From NCBI GenBank assembly GCA_009914755.4, contig CP068257.2, positions 19,712,001 through 19,776,000 of the forward strand: 64,000 nucleotides of DNA, in the 5' to 3' direction. The notes below the pieces were generated by a model. That model worked only from the letters and a program-made list of their open reading frames with translations. It was not told where the DNA came from and made no database searches. The DNA comes from the human T2T-CHM13v2.0 reference genome, Homo sapiens. Shown one piece after another: positions 49,420 to 61,577 of the stretch; position 1 is the stretch's first letter, and each line of letters starts with the position of its first letter. Both the position numbers and the translations under genes were made by a program.

Positions 49420-52400
49420 TTTTGACCATACTGCCAAAAGCAGTCTACAAATTCAATGCAATTCTCATCAAAATAACACCATAATTCTTCACAGAATTAG
49501 AAAAAATAATTCTAAAATTCATATGGGACCACAAAAGAGCCCTCATAGCCAAAGCAATACTAAGCAGAGAGAACACATCTGGAGGCAACACATTACCCAA
49601 CTTCAAACTATACTATAAGGCTATAGTCAACAAAACAGCATGGATTAAATAGACACACAGTCCAATGGAACAAAATAGAGAACTCAGAAACAAAGCCAAA
49701 TACTTACAGCCAACTGATCTTTGACAAAGCAAACAAAAACGTAAAGTGGGGAAAGGACACCCAATTCAACAAACGGTACTGGGATAATTGGCAAGCCACA
49801 AGTAGAAGAATGAGACTGGATCCTCATCTCTCACCTTAAACAAAAATCAACTCAAGATAGATCAAAGACTTAAATCTAAGTCCTGAAACCATAAAAATCC
49901 TAGAAGATAACATGGGAAAAATCCTCTAGACATTGGCTTAGGCAAAAACTTCATGACCAAGAACCTAAAAGCAAATGCAACAAAAACAAAGATAAATAGA
50001 TGGGACTTAATTAAGTTAAAAAATTTCTCTACAGAAAAAGAAATAATCGGCCAGTAAACAGACAACCCACAGAGAGGAAGAGAATCTTCACAAACTGTGC
50101 ATCCGACAAAGGACTAATATCAAGAATCTACAAGGAACCCAAATCAGCAAGAAAAAAAAAAATACCATCAATAAGTGGGCTAAGGACATGAACAGGCAAT
50201 TCTCAAAGAAGATATACAAATGGGCAACAAATATATGTAAAATTCTCAACATTACTAATGATCAAGGAAATGCCAATCAAAACCACAATGTGATACAACC
50301 TCCCTCCTGAAAGAATGGCCATAATCAAAAAAATAAAAATACAATAGTGTTAGCACATACATGGTGAAAGTGGAACACTTTTAGACTGCTGGTGGGGATG
50401 TAGACTAGTAACACTGTCATGGGATCTTTACAGTGTCACTTTGCCAGCCAGAAACTTCTGTGGCTGGTAGTACCTCTGCTTGGGTTTTGCTTGCTTCCAC
50501 TGGGCTCATTCTGCCCACTCAGCTCATGCTATTGGCCTAGATCCCATACCCGCCAAGGGTGAACCAGGTGGGGAGTGGTGAGGGGTGTATCAGTGGGCGA
50601 GTGCAGGGTCCAGCCACTGGGCCCAGCCAGGCACTCCAGCTGCTGTGGTGGGACAGGCAGCTCCAGGTGCCACTCCATGCAAGGCTGAACCAGGTGTATC
50701 TCAAGGGGCTTCCACTGTGGGCACAAGCATCTGGACCAGGGGAATGCAGTGGTGCCCGAAAGCTCAGAGACTTCAGGGAGTGAACAGCCCCAAAGATGGT
50801 GTTACATCACGCCACAGCCCTGGCATGGGGAGCCCCAAGGTCTAGGCTCCCAGAAGGACCACAGCTCTTCTCTCCTTCTCATTGCCTGCAACGTGGCAAG
50901 TAGGGGGCATGTTTCAGTCCTGTTTGTGTTACAGCTCTTTCAGTCCCGCCATTCTGCAGATCCTGAGTTCTTGTCTCATGTCCAAGAAGAATGAGGTATG
51001 CAGACAAGTGGTGGGTTAGCAAGGAGGAAAGCAGTTTCATTGAGCTACAGAAAAGCTCTCAGTAGACCCTAAGTGGGTAGCTCTATCCACTGGCAGGTCA
51101 TCCTGACATCTGTCCAACTCTGGCTGAGTCGGGGTTTTATGGGCTCAGAGGGAGGAAGTGCTGATTGGTCCATGGTTGGCCATGGGTAGGCCTGGAAAAA
51201 GCACCAGAAGTTATCACTCTGGGCCACGATTCCACCCAGAACTTATAGCCCTAACTCCAGGCTTCAGGCTCTCCTTGGCTTGAAGGTGGACCCTCAGCTT
51301 TCTGCCCAGAAGGCTGTCTGCCTCCTGCTGCCATCAACATGTTGTATATGGCCCCCAGGCTGTTCATGCCAAGGGGTGCCTATAGGCCCCTGCTGAGCCA
51401 CATTTAGTCTTCCCTCAGCCTCCCTCCTATGCTCCTAGGTGCCCAATGTCCAGAGGGGGTTGAGGTAGCAGGGGTCTGGTGTGTCAGCACCTCCTTGAGT
51501 GTGCACACACCTAGGTGGGATGGGACGGCACCTGGGCTGGGCCACAACTTTGCTCCAAAATCGGAGCAGGCACCAGGAATGGAGAGAGGTCAGGGATGGG
51601 AGCAGGCACTTCCCAGCCTTTGGGGGAAGGGGGAGTTCCTCACCTCCTGAGAGCAGAGCGCGACTGTGCGGCTGCACATGCACCAGGGAGTGCAGGGCTC
51701 CCACCCCACCTACTCGGTAGGAGGCAGGGCTTCTTCCTGTTCCTGGCCCCTGCCGGCTCTGTGGAGTGCACAAACCTGGCCAGACCTCCCCAACTGCAGC
51801 TGGCATCTTCACAGTGGCTGCTCCAGATGGGCTGCCACTGCCATCACAACCACTATGGAAAACTGTGTGGAGATTCCTTAAAGAACTAAAAGTAGATCCA
51901 CTATTTTTCCAACAATGCCACTACTGGGTCATTATATGAAATAAACACTTGCACATGCATGTTTATAGCGGCACAATTAGCAAATGCAAAAATATGGAAC
52001 CAGCCCAAATGTCCATTAATCAATGAGTGGATAAAGAAAATGTAGTGTGTGCGTGAATACTATTCAGCCATATGAAGGAACAAAATAATGGCATTTGTAG
52101 CAGCCTAGTTGGATTTGGAGACCATTATTCTAAGTGACATAACTCAGGAATGGAATGCCAAACATCAAATGTTCATACTCATAAGTGGGAACTAAGCTAT
52201 GAGGATGCAAAGGCATAAGAATGATACAATGGACTTTGGGGACTGAAGGGAAAGGGTGAGAGTAGGGTGAGGGATAAAATATTAGACACTGAGTACAGTG
52301 TATACTGCTCAGGTGATGGGTACACCAAAATCCCACAAATCAGCACTAAATAACTTATCCTTAGAACCAAACACCACCTGTTCCCCAAAAACCTATTGAA

Positions 52401-52432
52401 ATAAAAAATTAAAATTAAAAAGAAGAAAAAAG
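49420..52432 (+). mobile_element. L1 (L1PB/L1MA-like), + orientation, 5'-truncated within ORF2 and interrupted by a 1.43-kb foreign insertion at 50415-51848. The 3' UTR ends in an A-rich tail.
   Basis: ORF2-collinear sequence (…KAVYKFNAILIKITP…[34 protein letters not shown]…) runs up to gactgctggtggggatgtagactagtaacac. It resumes at aaccactatggaaaactgtgtggagattccttaaagaactaaaagtagatccactatttttccaacaatgccactactgggtcattat…ggaaccagcccaaatgtccattaatcaatgagtggataaagaaaatg…. The 3' end is …ccaaacaccacctgttccccaaaaacctattgaaataaaaaattaaaattaaaaag. Confidence 0.9.
50415..51848 (+). mobile_element. Nested GC-rich insertion of about 1.43 kb inside L1 ORF2. It is a candidate solo ERV LTR: termini TG…CA with a short imperfect terminal inverted repeat, a 5-6 bp duplication of L1 target sequence, and no poly(A). 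The family is unresolved.
   Basis: The left junction is …gactagtAACAC|TGTCATGGgatctttacag… and the right junction is …ctgccactgCCATCAca|ACCACtatggaaaac. The L1 consensus runs straight through the site (…aactagttCAACCAttgtggaag…). The interior is GC-rich and unlike L1, Alu or SVA. No AATAAA occurs on either strand. Confidence 0.45.
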
Positions 52433-54483
52433 GTGATTAGGCAGATTGAGACAGCTAGTACAAAGCACCGAAAGCACAAAAGAGTTCGGGATGATTAAGG
52501 TTTAAGAAGAAGAGTTAATTTAAATGTATGCAAGGTCACAAATAAGCCTAGGTTAGTTTATGTGAAGCTTTGTAAAGAGTCATAAAAGTTTGGATTTAAG
52601 GAGTGTGAATAGGATCTTTAAAAGGTTTTAAGCAGGATAGTTACATTTGCTTAAAGTAGAAACTGGTAGGTGAGTAAGTCAGCAAGGGGCTTCTAAAACT
52701 GACCAGGTAGTGACTATGAACTGGGCAAGAGAGCTCATACTAAATATTGAGAGACATGAATGATATTTCTATATATTGTGCTTTAGTGGTGAGAAATCAA
52801 TGACAAAGCTTTTAAAATTGACACCCTATTATAACCAAATCTAAGTTCAGCTGCTCATCACTTGAAAGCCAAACATGAGAGATGAGAGTTGGCAGGAGGA
52901 AAAGCAGGTTTATTCTGAGAGCCAGCAAACCAAGAAAATGGTGGACTAAAATCCCAAAGTACCATATTAAGTCAGTACAAATTTCAGCCTCTTTTTGGTT
53001 AAGGGCAGGGAGGGTGAAGAGATGGGGATTAGGATCAAGAGGTGACCAAGGGTGGCAGACATCTGAGTGTCAGTGAGGATCCAATGGGGTTGGAAAATTT
53101 TGTCTTTGGTCAAGTCACAATGCTTCCATAAATATTTAATGAGAAATATGGTTAATTTGTACATACTTTTCCTTTAACTCCAGAATTCGTTTTGAAAATT
53201 ATGATTGCTGTCCTTGCGTATTATGAGCGTTATTAAATTATTCTAGCCTCCATGTAAGAATGGATAAAGGCTCCTTAAACAAAAATGGAGTTAGTTATGA
53301 CAGTTCTTTTGCTGTTTCACTGTTACACTATTACATGTGAAAATAACTCTTTCTGTTATTTGTAGTTCTTAAAATATAATATTAAAAAGGACATTTGAAA
53401 ATTGTTTGCCACAGAGTATTATGACTGGAAAAGAGGAAGATATTTCACTCTAGTATGTGAATGCTTTGAAGAGTATGTAGGACATAATCTACAATACAAT
53501 CATAATACAGTTTTACAAGGATGATGCCTATTCTTATTCTCATCAATATGATTTTTAAAAACTTATTTTTATTATAAATTATTTCCCTAGTAATGCCTTT
53601 TCAATTTGATTTAGAAAATGGATTGTATATCGTGAGTTTTATAGTGAGTTACCTGGTTCTAATATTCATGACCTAGTGGAAATTCAGGTCAAAGACTTGT
53701 ATATTTCAGTTCCCAGAGCCTGTGTTATGCTTTATTATCAGCTTCACCCTGCTCAGACACAGGCAGAATTCAGTAATGCAGGCCAGCACTGAGCAAGAAA
53801 TAAGACTTTTCTTAGGTCACAGTTACCAACCACAAATAAACTAGGCTCAGAGAAAATATTTCAGAGCCAAAGGAGGAATTACAAAAGAAAGTAGAAAGCT
53901 TGCATTAAGCAAGTAATCAAGTCAAGAAATCTCATACTGCAGGAGAATGCAGTGATCAGTACTGACTCCAAGTTCACCTCTAAATCTCAGAATAAGAAAA
54001 AAAAGAGGCAGGGAGGGGGCATTTATCAAAACAAGTATAACTTGGTACCAAGTCCAAAGACATGCTTTAAATTGACACCCTATTATAGTTTCTTTGGTGT
54101 CTCCTAGTATGGAAAGGATTGGGCTGGAAATAAGCTTGTCCTGAATGAAACATTGAGGAAGGTGACACATTCAGATGCTGGCATATGTTACTGTTTCATG
54201 TGATGCTGGCAATGTAATGTCAGAGATTCAGTCAAGGGCATGGATTTAAGAATAAATGTTCTAGGTCAGACTTCTGCCTGTACAGCTGCCATTTAATTAA
54301 ATCTAAATAATTTATCATTAGGGATCATTTCATTGTGATAACAGCTAAAAGAGCATAGTTCCTTGTTTTTAATGTCTGTAGACACATTACATCTTGTTTG
54401 CAGTATTCCTTTTCTTATGGTCTATATAGTAATGCACAATTTTTATTAATTATATACTTATTAAGAAGATTTTGGAGTCTTAA

Positions 54484-54762
<279 letters not shown>

Positions 54763-55189
54763 TAGTAAACTACACCAGAGGCTTTTATAAACATGAAATA
54801 ATTATTATCCCAAGTGGCTTACATAGTTCTTTAGAAAGGCAAATGCCACCTTTTATATGGACTAGTGCTACTTTATGTATCCTAAAAGTAATATGCATGT
54901 TTATTTTTTAAATTTGTCCCAGGGTAATTTTAAAGAAATCTTAGAGGTTAAGGAATTTGGGAAGAATTTATCTAGTTCAACTCCTAAATTCTTTAAAGAA
55001 AAGAAAAAAAGGCCAAACTTAAAAGCAGAAACTCAAGGTCACATCTTTTCTACTTGACAGAGTTGGCACTCAATTTTGATTGCAAGCTCAATGCTATTTC
55101 CAATACAAAATTTTGCTTATGAGCACCAGCCACAAATTTTATTTTGTTTTCATCCACTATTCTCTGTGTGTATGTGTGTGCACATCTCC

Positions 55190-57170
55190 AGACCTTTTTA
55201 ATTTAGTTGTATATATTTATGGGTCACAGTGTGATATTTTCATATATGTCTAACAGTGTGGAATGTTTAAATTCTTCACCTCACATACTCAGCCTTTTTC
55301 GTGGTGAGAACATTTGAAATGTACTGTCTTAGCAATTTTTAAACACATGATACACTAACTGTTGTCATCTTATTGGGTAATACATCTCAAAAACTTACTT
55401 CTGTTGTCTAACTGAATCTTTGAATCCCTTGGCCAACATCTTTCTATTCCTCTTACCACCATAACCTCTGGTAACCACCAACCTACTGTCCTTTTCTATG
55501 AATTTGACTGTTTTTTATTCCACATGTATAAATTAGATTATGCAGTATTTGTGTTTCTGTGCCTGGTTTATTTCACTTAAGATAACATCCTCCAGATTCA
55601 TTCATGTCATTGAAAATGTCAGAATTTCCTTCTATTTTCATTTTGTATATATACTATGTGTTTTGTATCCATTCATCTACTGATGCACATTTTAATCTGA
55701 TTTCATGTCTTGACTATTGTGAATAATGCTGCAATTAATATAGGAGTATGGATATCTTTTCTACATACTAATTGAAGTTCCTTTGGACATATACTCACAA
55801 GTAGGATAACTGGATAATATGGTAATTGTTGCAGGAAGTCAGGGACCCTGAACAGAGGGACCGGCTGGAGCTGCAGCAGAGGAAACAAATTGTGAAGATT
55901 TCATGGACATTTATCACTTCCCTAATAATACTCATAATTTCTTATGCCTGTCTTACTTTAATCTCTTAATCCTGTTATCTTCGTAAGCTGAGGATGTAAG
56001 TCACCTCAGGACCCTGTGATGATTGCGTTAACTGTACAAATTGATTGTAAAACATATGTGTTTGAACAATATGAAATGAGTGCACCTTGAAAATGAACAG
56101 AATAACAGCGATTTTAGGGAACAAGGGAAGACAACAGTAAGGTCTGACTGCCTGCAGGGTTGGGCAAAAACAGCCATATTTTTCTTCTTGCAGAAAGCCT
56201 ATAAACGGACATGCAAGTAGGAGAGATATGGCTAAATTCTTTTCCTAGCAAGGAATATAATATTAAGACCCTAGGAAAAGAATTGCATTCCTGGGGGGAG
56301 GTCTATAAACGGCCACTCTGTGAGTGTCTATCCTATGTGGTTGAGATAAGGACTGAGATAGGCCCTGGAGTCCTGCAGTACCCTCAGGCTGACTAGGATT
56401 GGGAAACCCCAGCCCTGGTAAATTTGAGGTCAGACTGGTTCTCTGCTCTCAAACCCTGTTTTCTGTTAAGATGTTTATCAAGACAATACGTGCAATGCTG
56501 AACATAGACCCTTATCAGGAGTTTCTGATTTTGCCCTGGTCCTGTTTCCTCAAAAGCATGTGATCTTTGCTCTGCTTTTTGCCTCTTGAAGCATGTGACC
56601 TACTCCCTGTTTGTACACTCCCTCCCCTTTTGAAATCCCTAATAAAAACTTGCTGGTTTTGTGGCTCAGGTGGGCATCATGGACCTACCGATATGAGATG
56701 TCACCCCTAGTGGCCCAGCTGTAAAATTCCTCTCTTTGTACTCTTTCTCTTTATTTCTCAGAGTGGCTGACACTTAGGGAAAATATAAAGAACCTACACT
56801 GAAATATTGGGGGTGGGTTCCCCTGATAGGTAGTTCCGTTTTTAATTTTTTGAGAAACCTCCATACAGTTTTTCATAATACATGTACTAATTGACATTCC
56901 CACCAAAAGCATATAAGGGTTATCTTTTCTCTGCATCCTTGACAATAATTACCTTCTGGGTTTTTTGTAATAGCCTTTGTAACTGATGTGAGTTTATATC
57001 TTCTTATGGCTTTAATTTGCATCTTCTTAATGATTAGTGATGTGGAACATTTTTTAAAATACCTGTTGGCCACTTATTTACCTTCTTTTGGGCTAATTCA
57101 GTTCCTTTGCCCATTTTAAAATCAGATTATGTGTTTTTTTTGCTATTGAATTTTCTCCAGATTCTTGTTG
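55190..57170 (-). mobile_element. Old L1 (L1M class) 3' region, minus orientation, split by the solo LTR at 55827-56828. The right boundary is approximate.
   Basis: Left part: …cacatactcagcctttttcgtggtgagaacatttgaaatgtactgtcttagcaatttt…ccaccataacctctggtaaccaccaacctactgtccttttctatgaatttgactgttttttattccacatgtataaattagattatgcagtatttgtgtttctgtgcctggtttatttcacttaagataacatcctccagattcattcatgtc…ctcacaagtaggataactggataatatggtaatt. Right part: gtagttccgtttttaattttttgagaaacctccatacagtttttcataatacatgtactaattgacattcccaccaaaagcatataagggttatc…ggctttaatttgcatcttcttaatgattagtgatgtggaacattttttaaaatacctgttggccacttatttaccttcttttgggctaattcagttcctttgcccattttaaaatcagattatgtgtttttttt. Both match the reverse complement of the L1M 3' ORF2 consensus. 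Confidence 0.7.
55827..56828 (+). mobile_element. Solo ERV LTR of about 1.0 kb, + orientation, nested in the L1M. Features are a 6-bp TSD (GGTAAT / GGTAGT), termini TGT…ATA (degenerate ACA), two TATAAA motifs at 56200-56205 and 56304-56309, and a downstream AATAAA at 56641-56646. It is probably a class II (HERV-K-like) LTR, but the exact family is unresolved.
   Basis: The L1M sequence atatggtaattG|TTGCAGGAAGTCAGGGACCCTGAAC… is broken exactly where the L1M consensus continues (ggtagttctatttttaattttt = right flank ggtagttccgtttttaatttttt). Internally: cctATAAAcggacatgcaag…, gtctATAAAcggccactctg…, and ccctAATAAAAacttgctggttttgtggctc…. Confidence 0.7.
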
Positions 57171-58253
57171 TAAGACTTGTGACAAGTTGTGAGAAGCACT
57201 ATGCCTGGGACATTTTAACTGCTCACAAAATAGTAGAGATTTAAGTTAATGTTCTTCTGGGAATCTTTCTCTGGGTTGCAGTTATATAACAATATATTTA
57301 TTTACTTTTGCATCTGCCTCATCCACTAGAATGTTTCCTGTTGAGATGAATACCTTGCATTTAAACAGTAATTTGCATGAAATAAACTACCAGTGATAAT
57401 TTGGGACAGTGGTTGCCCTCCCAGAGCTGCAGATGGAAAATCTTTAAGATTAAGGTTGAGACATTCATCTTTTTCCTCCACAAACTCTCAATGTGCCAGT
57501 TAATACTCAGGGAAGAAAAACTTTTATACCCAAACAGTTGTGTCCAGCATCTGCTAAATGGCTTACTATTCATAGACATAAATTTTGATATTATTTTGAA
57601 TTATTAGTGTACAATCAAATATATCATTCTGATTTGGAGGATTTTAACATTTTATTTGGCAAGGCAACCCATGATGGCAGTATATCATGAAGAAGTTAAA
57701 TTCCTTCAACATCTTTTTGAAAGTGAAGGTGGAATAAATGTACAAATAGGTAAATATTAGTTTGAAATCAAAACAAATAAAACCAAAACATAAATAAAAT
57801 GTTAATTATTCACCATACGTTATGGAGTATGATTAATTCTAAACAAGTTATTGTAGCATTGAAATATGTGAAAATATAGAATGTATGAGCTCTGTCATTA
57901 AAATATGAGTTCAATTTAGAAATTTAAATAAAAATAAAGTCACTATTTAAGGGGTCAGGCTTAATATATGGTATCATAATACTGTTAAAATTTAATATGA
58001 ATTTTGCCCTCTTTATGATAAAAATAATTGATGTTGTTTTATGCTTTCAAGTGTCTTACTACATATGGAGTGTCTTGACATTTTTAAAAATGGAAATAAA
58101 GCCTCTTTCAATTTTAATTTCAAATAATTATGCCTCTCAACAAATAAAATAGATAACTCAATATTTCCCCTGATGTGAGGCATACGTGTTTACTGTAGAG
58201 TGAATATATGTGTGTAAACAATATCAACATATGTCAATATATTGTATGTATAT

Positions 58254-58597
58254 GTGTACAATATGGTTTGGCTGTGTCCCCACCCAAATCTCATCTTGAA
58301 TTGTAGCTCCCATAATTCCCACGTGTTGTGGGAGGGACCCAGCAGAGCATAATTGAATCACAGGGTAGTGAATAAGTCTCACGAGAGCTGATGGTTTTAT
58401 AAGGGGTTTCCCCTTTTGCTTGGCTCTCATTCTGTCTTGTCTGCAGCCAGGGAAGATGTGCCTTTCACTTCCCCTTCTGCCACGACTGTGAGGCCTCAAC
58501 AGCCAAGTGAAACTGCGAGTTTATGAAACTTCTTTTTCTTCATAAATTACCCAGTTTTGAATGTCTTTATCAGCAACATGAAAACGAACTAATACAG
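58254..58597 (+). mobile_element. THE1/MST-type MaLR solo LTR, + orientation.
   Basis: caatatggtttggctgtgtccccacccaaatctcatcttgaattgtagctcccataattcccacgtgttgtgggagggacccag…tgaataagtctcacgagagctgatggttttataagg…ccacgactgtgaggcctc…tgaaacttctttttcttcataaattacccagttttgaatgtctttatcagcaacatgaaaacgaactaatacag is collinear with THE1B from start to end. Confidence 0.9.
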
Positions 58598-58845
58598 TAT
58601 ATATTTGTGTATATGAGTGTATATATGTATATATAGTATGTATGTGTATATACCGTATATCAATATATGTCAGTATATCTATATATACACAATATATGCC
58701 ATTAAATGTATATTTGTATACATGAGAGTGAATATGTATATATTCATATGTGTGTTTACACATACCCACTCGTATGTACATATATGTATATATTCACTCA
58801 TATATACATATATACATATGTGCACACACTTTACAGAAGTGAAAG
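58598..58845. repeat. (TATATG)/(TATACA)-type low-complexity tract with about 100-bp internal periodicity, immediately 3' of the THE1 LTR. A similar motif lies 5' of the LTR at 58195-58253.
   Basis: tatatatttgtgtatatgagtgtatatatgtatatatagtatgtatgtgtatataccgtatatcaatatatgtcagtatatctatatatacacaatatatgccattaaatgtatatttgtatacatgagagtgaatatgtatatattcatatgtgtgtttacacata…. Confidence 0.8.
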
Positions 58846-61577
58846 TAAAGTTGCTTTTTTACAAAAGCAACTTTACAATAGTAAAGCCTACATAATTATT
58901 TGAAATTAAAACTCTAAGGGTTTTTATTTTCATTTTTAAAAATTTAAAGAGACTCCACATGTAGTAACGCATTTTACATTTTTAAAGCCATACATATGGC
59001 TTTCCAAAAGTTTGTAACTTTACCGGGACTGAAAAACATCAAAATTAGAATACACTATTGAGGAAAGTACAGTATAACAAATATATTATTATTATACTTA
59101 CTATTTTTAGACTATCAAGATATTTTTGCAGTCATGTTTAGTATTTTTGTTATTTATTTATGGTATAATTACTAACAAGACTCTTTTAGTTTTTATGTTT
59201 CAGAATATTGATTTAATAGAGGCTGAATATTCTCAATGAAAAAAATGTGAAAAAAGCATACACAATATGCCTACTGCCAAACACGTTAGTATTAACAATG
59301 ATGGGAGCATTGTAATATATTTTAACCTCTTAATGCCTCAGCAGAGACTTGGGAAGAGGTAACAACCTAATTTCTTCATAAATGTCCTAATTGAAAGTTG
59401 ATTATAGAACCTAACTTTGGCGAGGTCCAGATGCATATTCCTGATGTAAAATTATACAGTAAAAGTATTTTAAAATAAAAAGTATAATTTAAAAAGTGTC
59501 TTTAAAATCAATTATTATATTTGAAGACGTTGGTAAGTATACTTATTTGGGTATTCTTTCTTGAGATGTCAAATGACATTTTCCATTATTTTAGGCAAAT
59601 ATGTTTTAATGCAGAAGTTTACTTGTTATGATCAAGGGCAAAAGTTCTATGAATCAATTTATTTGTAATTTCTTAATCACAACTGTGCTAGGGAGTACAA
59701 TTTTGAAATTCACCTTTGAAATCCAAATCTTGTCTGTAAACAATATTGCAACAAATTTTCTACACTAGTTTAACAATATTTCTTATTAATTCAAAATGGA
59801 AGGCATTTTAACATTTCTAAACTACAATCTAGGGAATCTTCTTTGACTTTCTGATAATGAAGCAAGTGATTAACTTACCTGCCCATTCATAATTTTAAAT
59901 TAACTGTAGCTTTTTATTTTAACTCTCATATTTCAAATATACAAATTTTACCAAAAGTAACCCACTATCTCTTATTACTGATGCATCTGCTTCACATCTG
60001 TCTCTCTCATTCTCTCTTTAAGAAAGGGAATCAAGCTTTCTTTTTAAACACCTTCTTGGGGTTACCCTCATTCGTCAAACAGAAATTATTCCGAGACCTG
60101 TTAAAAACTGTAAGGAAGACTAGTCATTATTACTAACACAATAGTGCTCAAGACTATTGCAATAGAAGAGAGAGATTGAGCTCAAAGCCAAATACAAGGA
60201 CAAGTTGGAATGTACAGCCAATGAGTAGAGTGAGAGATGGCAGTGGATGAAAAGTTATTAAGAGGGACCTGGTAAACTTCAGAGGTAATGACTTTCTTGG
60301 TAACCTGGCCTAACAGGGTCCTTGCTAAAGACAGGCCAAAGACTTAGACCACAATTGTGTTGAATGAAGAACTTGGTCAGATAGCAAGAGTGATCAGAAA
60401 TCAAGGGTGCGGGAACTCTTATAAATGGATTTGGCAGGATTCTTTGCTACTGGCAAGCCAGGGACAGTGCCAAGGTCAAGGCCTAGTTGAAAAGTGGGCT
60501 AAGAAGAACCTGACTAAAGTTTGATCAAAGAGGGTGTCTGTGTCACTTTCTTGATTGTCACTGGCACTGGAGGCTTTCAGAAAGGAGATCTTTTTCTCCA
60601 CCTCCAGTGAATGACATACTTCCATCTTTTCACTATTCAAATTTATCTTAACTTTTTTCTACTCTGCTCAGATAAAAATTAATTCTTCCAATAAAGTCAC
60701 TTCTTTTCATTATAATTTGTAGAATCATATTTTGATTTGGACTTTGATAAGATTGATGGACACATAACTCCTTAAGATATGCTTCCATAACTTCATATTT
60801 CATGTAGTCAGGAATTAATTGGGCACAAATCCTAAGCCAAAAAAATGCAAGTTCAAGATAAAAATGTTTCCATGCCTATTGCCTTTTTTCTTTCATATAT
60901 ATGTGAAAGAATATAGCATAGGCAAAAGTATCTTTCCACTTCTGCTTATGCTATATTCTTTTCTCCTTTTTCCCCTGTATGTGTTTCTCTAACCACCAGT
61001 GTTTATTTCCTCTGTACATTTGAAACCTTTCATGATGTAAAGGGCCTTCCTGATTTTGAAAATGACTATTTTTGGTACACCAACATGACATATGGCTACA
61101 TTCTTCAGCCACTTCAGATGGTGCTATGCAAGAGTCACATCCCTCATACCACAGTGGCCCAGTACCAAGTTGTTAATTGCATTGACATGCTAATCTTGTG
61201 CCAGTGAATATCGCTGCCTTGCTACTGTATTGATATTTACAAAGCATATCCTGTATAGACATTTAGTTTCTGTTTTATTATAGACCGGCGTTATCAATAT
61301 TTTCTTGCTTGATACCACAAATACATTTTTTAATGTGGCTTTCAGTATAGCATGTATTGCCTGTAGCAAGTATTGCATTCAACACTGATAATTCTGAGTA
61401 AAATTCACACTGAGATCATCAGGCAAGCAATTAGTGGCAATTGCTTTCTGTTATGGAAAACAACAAATCTTACCCTCAGTATATAGTTAAATTACACTAT
61501 TAAAATACACTACATGCAGATGCCACATTGTGGACAGAGTGTGACTGCAAGTCAGCTATTAATGTTTCCATTAGGAT

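Noticed and set aside
50529-51889. Cluster of overlapping 60-125 aa ORFs on both strands (e.g. 51435..51812 minus, 51515..51889 plus).
   Set aside because: They lie wholly inside the GC-rich nested element within an L1. They overlap each other in several frames and are Pro/Gly/Ala-rich, as expected from GC bias. There are no splice signals or start context. They are chance ORFs, not genes.
58521-58903. ORFs 58521..58781, 58617..58895 and 58706..58903 rich in I, Y, T, H and C.
   Set aside because: They are translations of (TATATG)n/(TATACA)n low-complexity DNA flanking the THE1 LTR.
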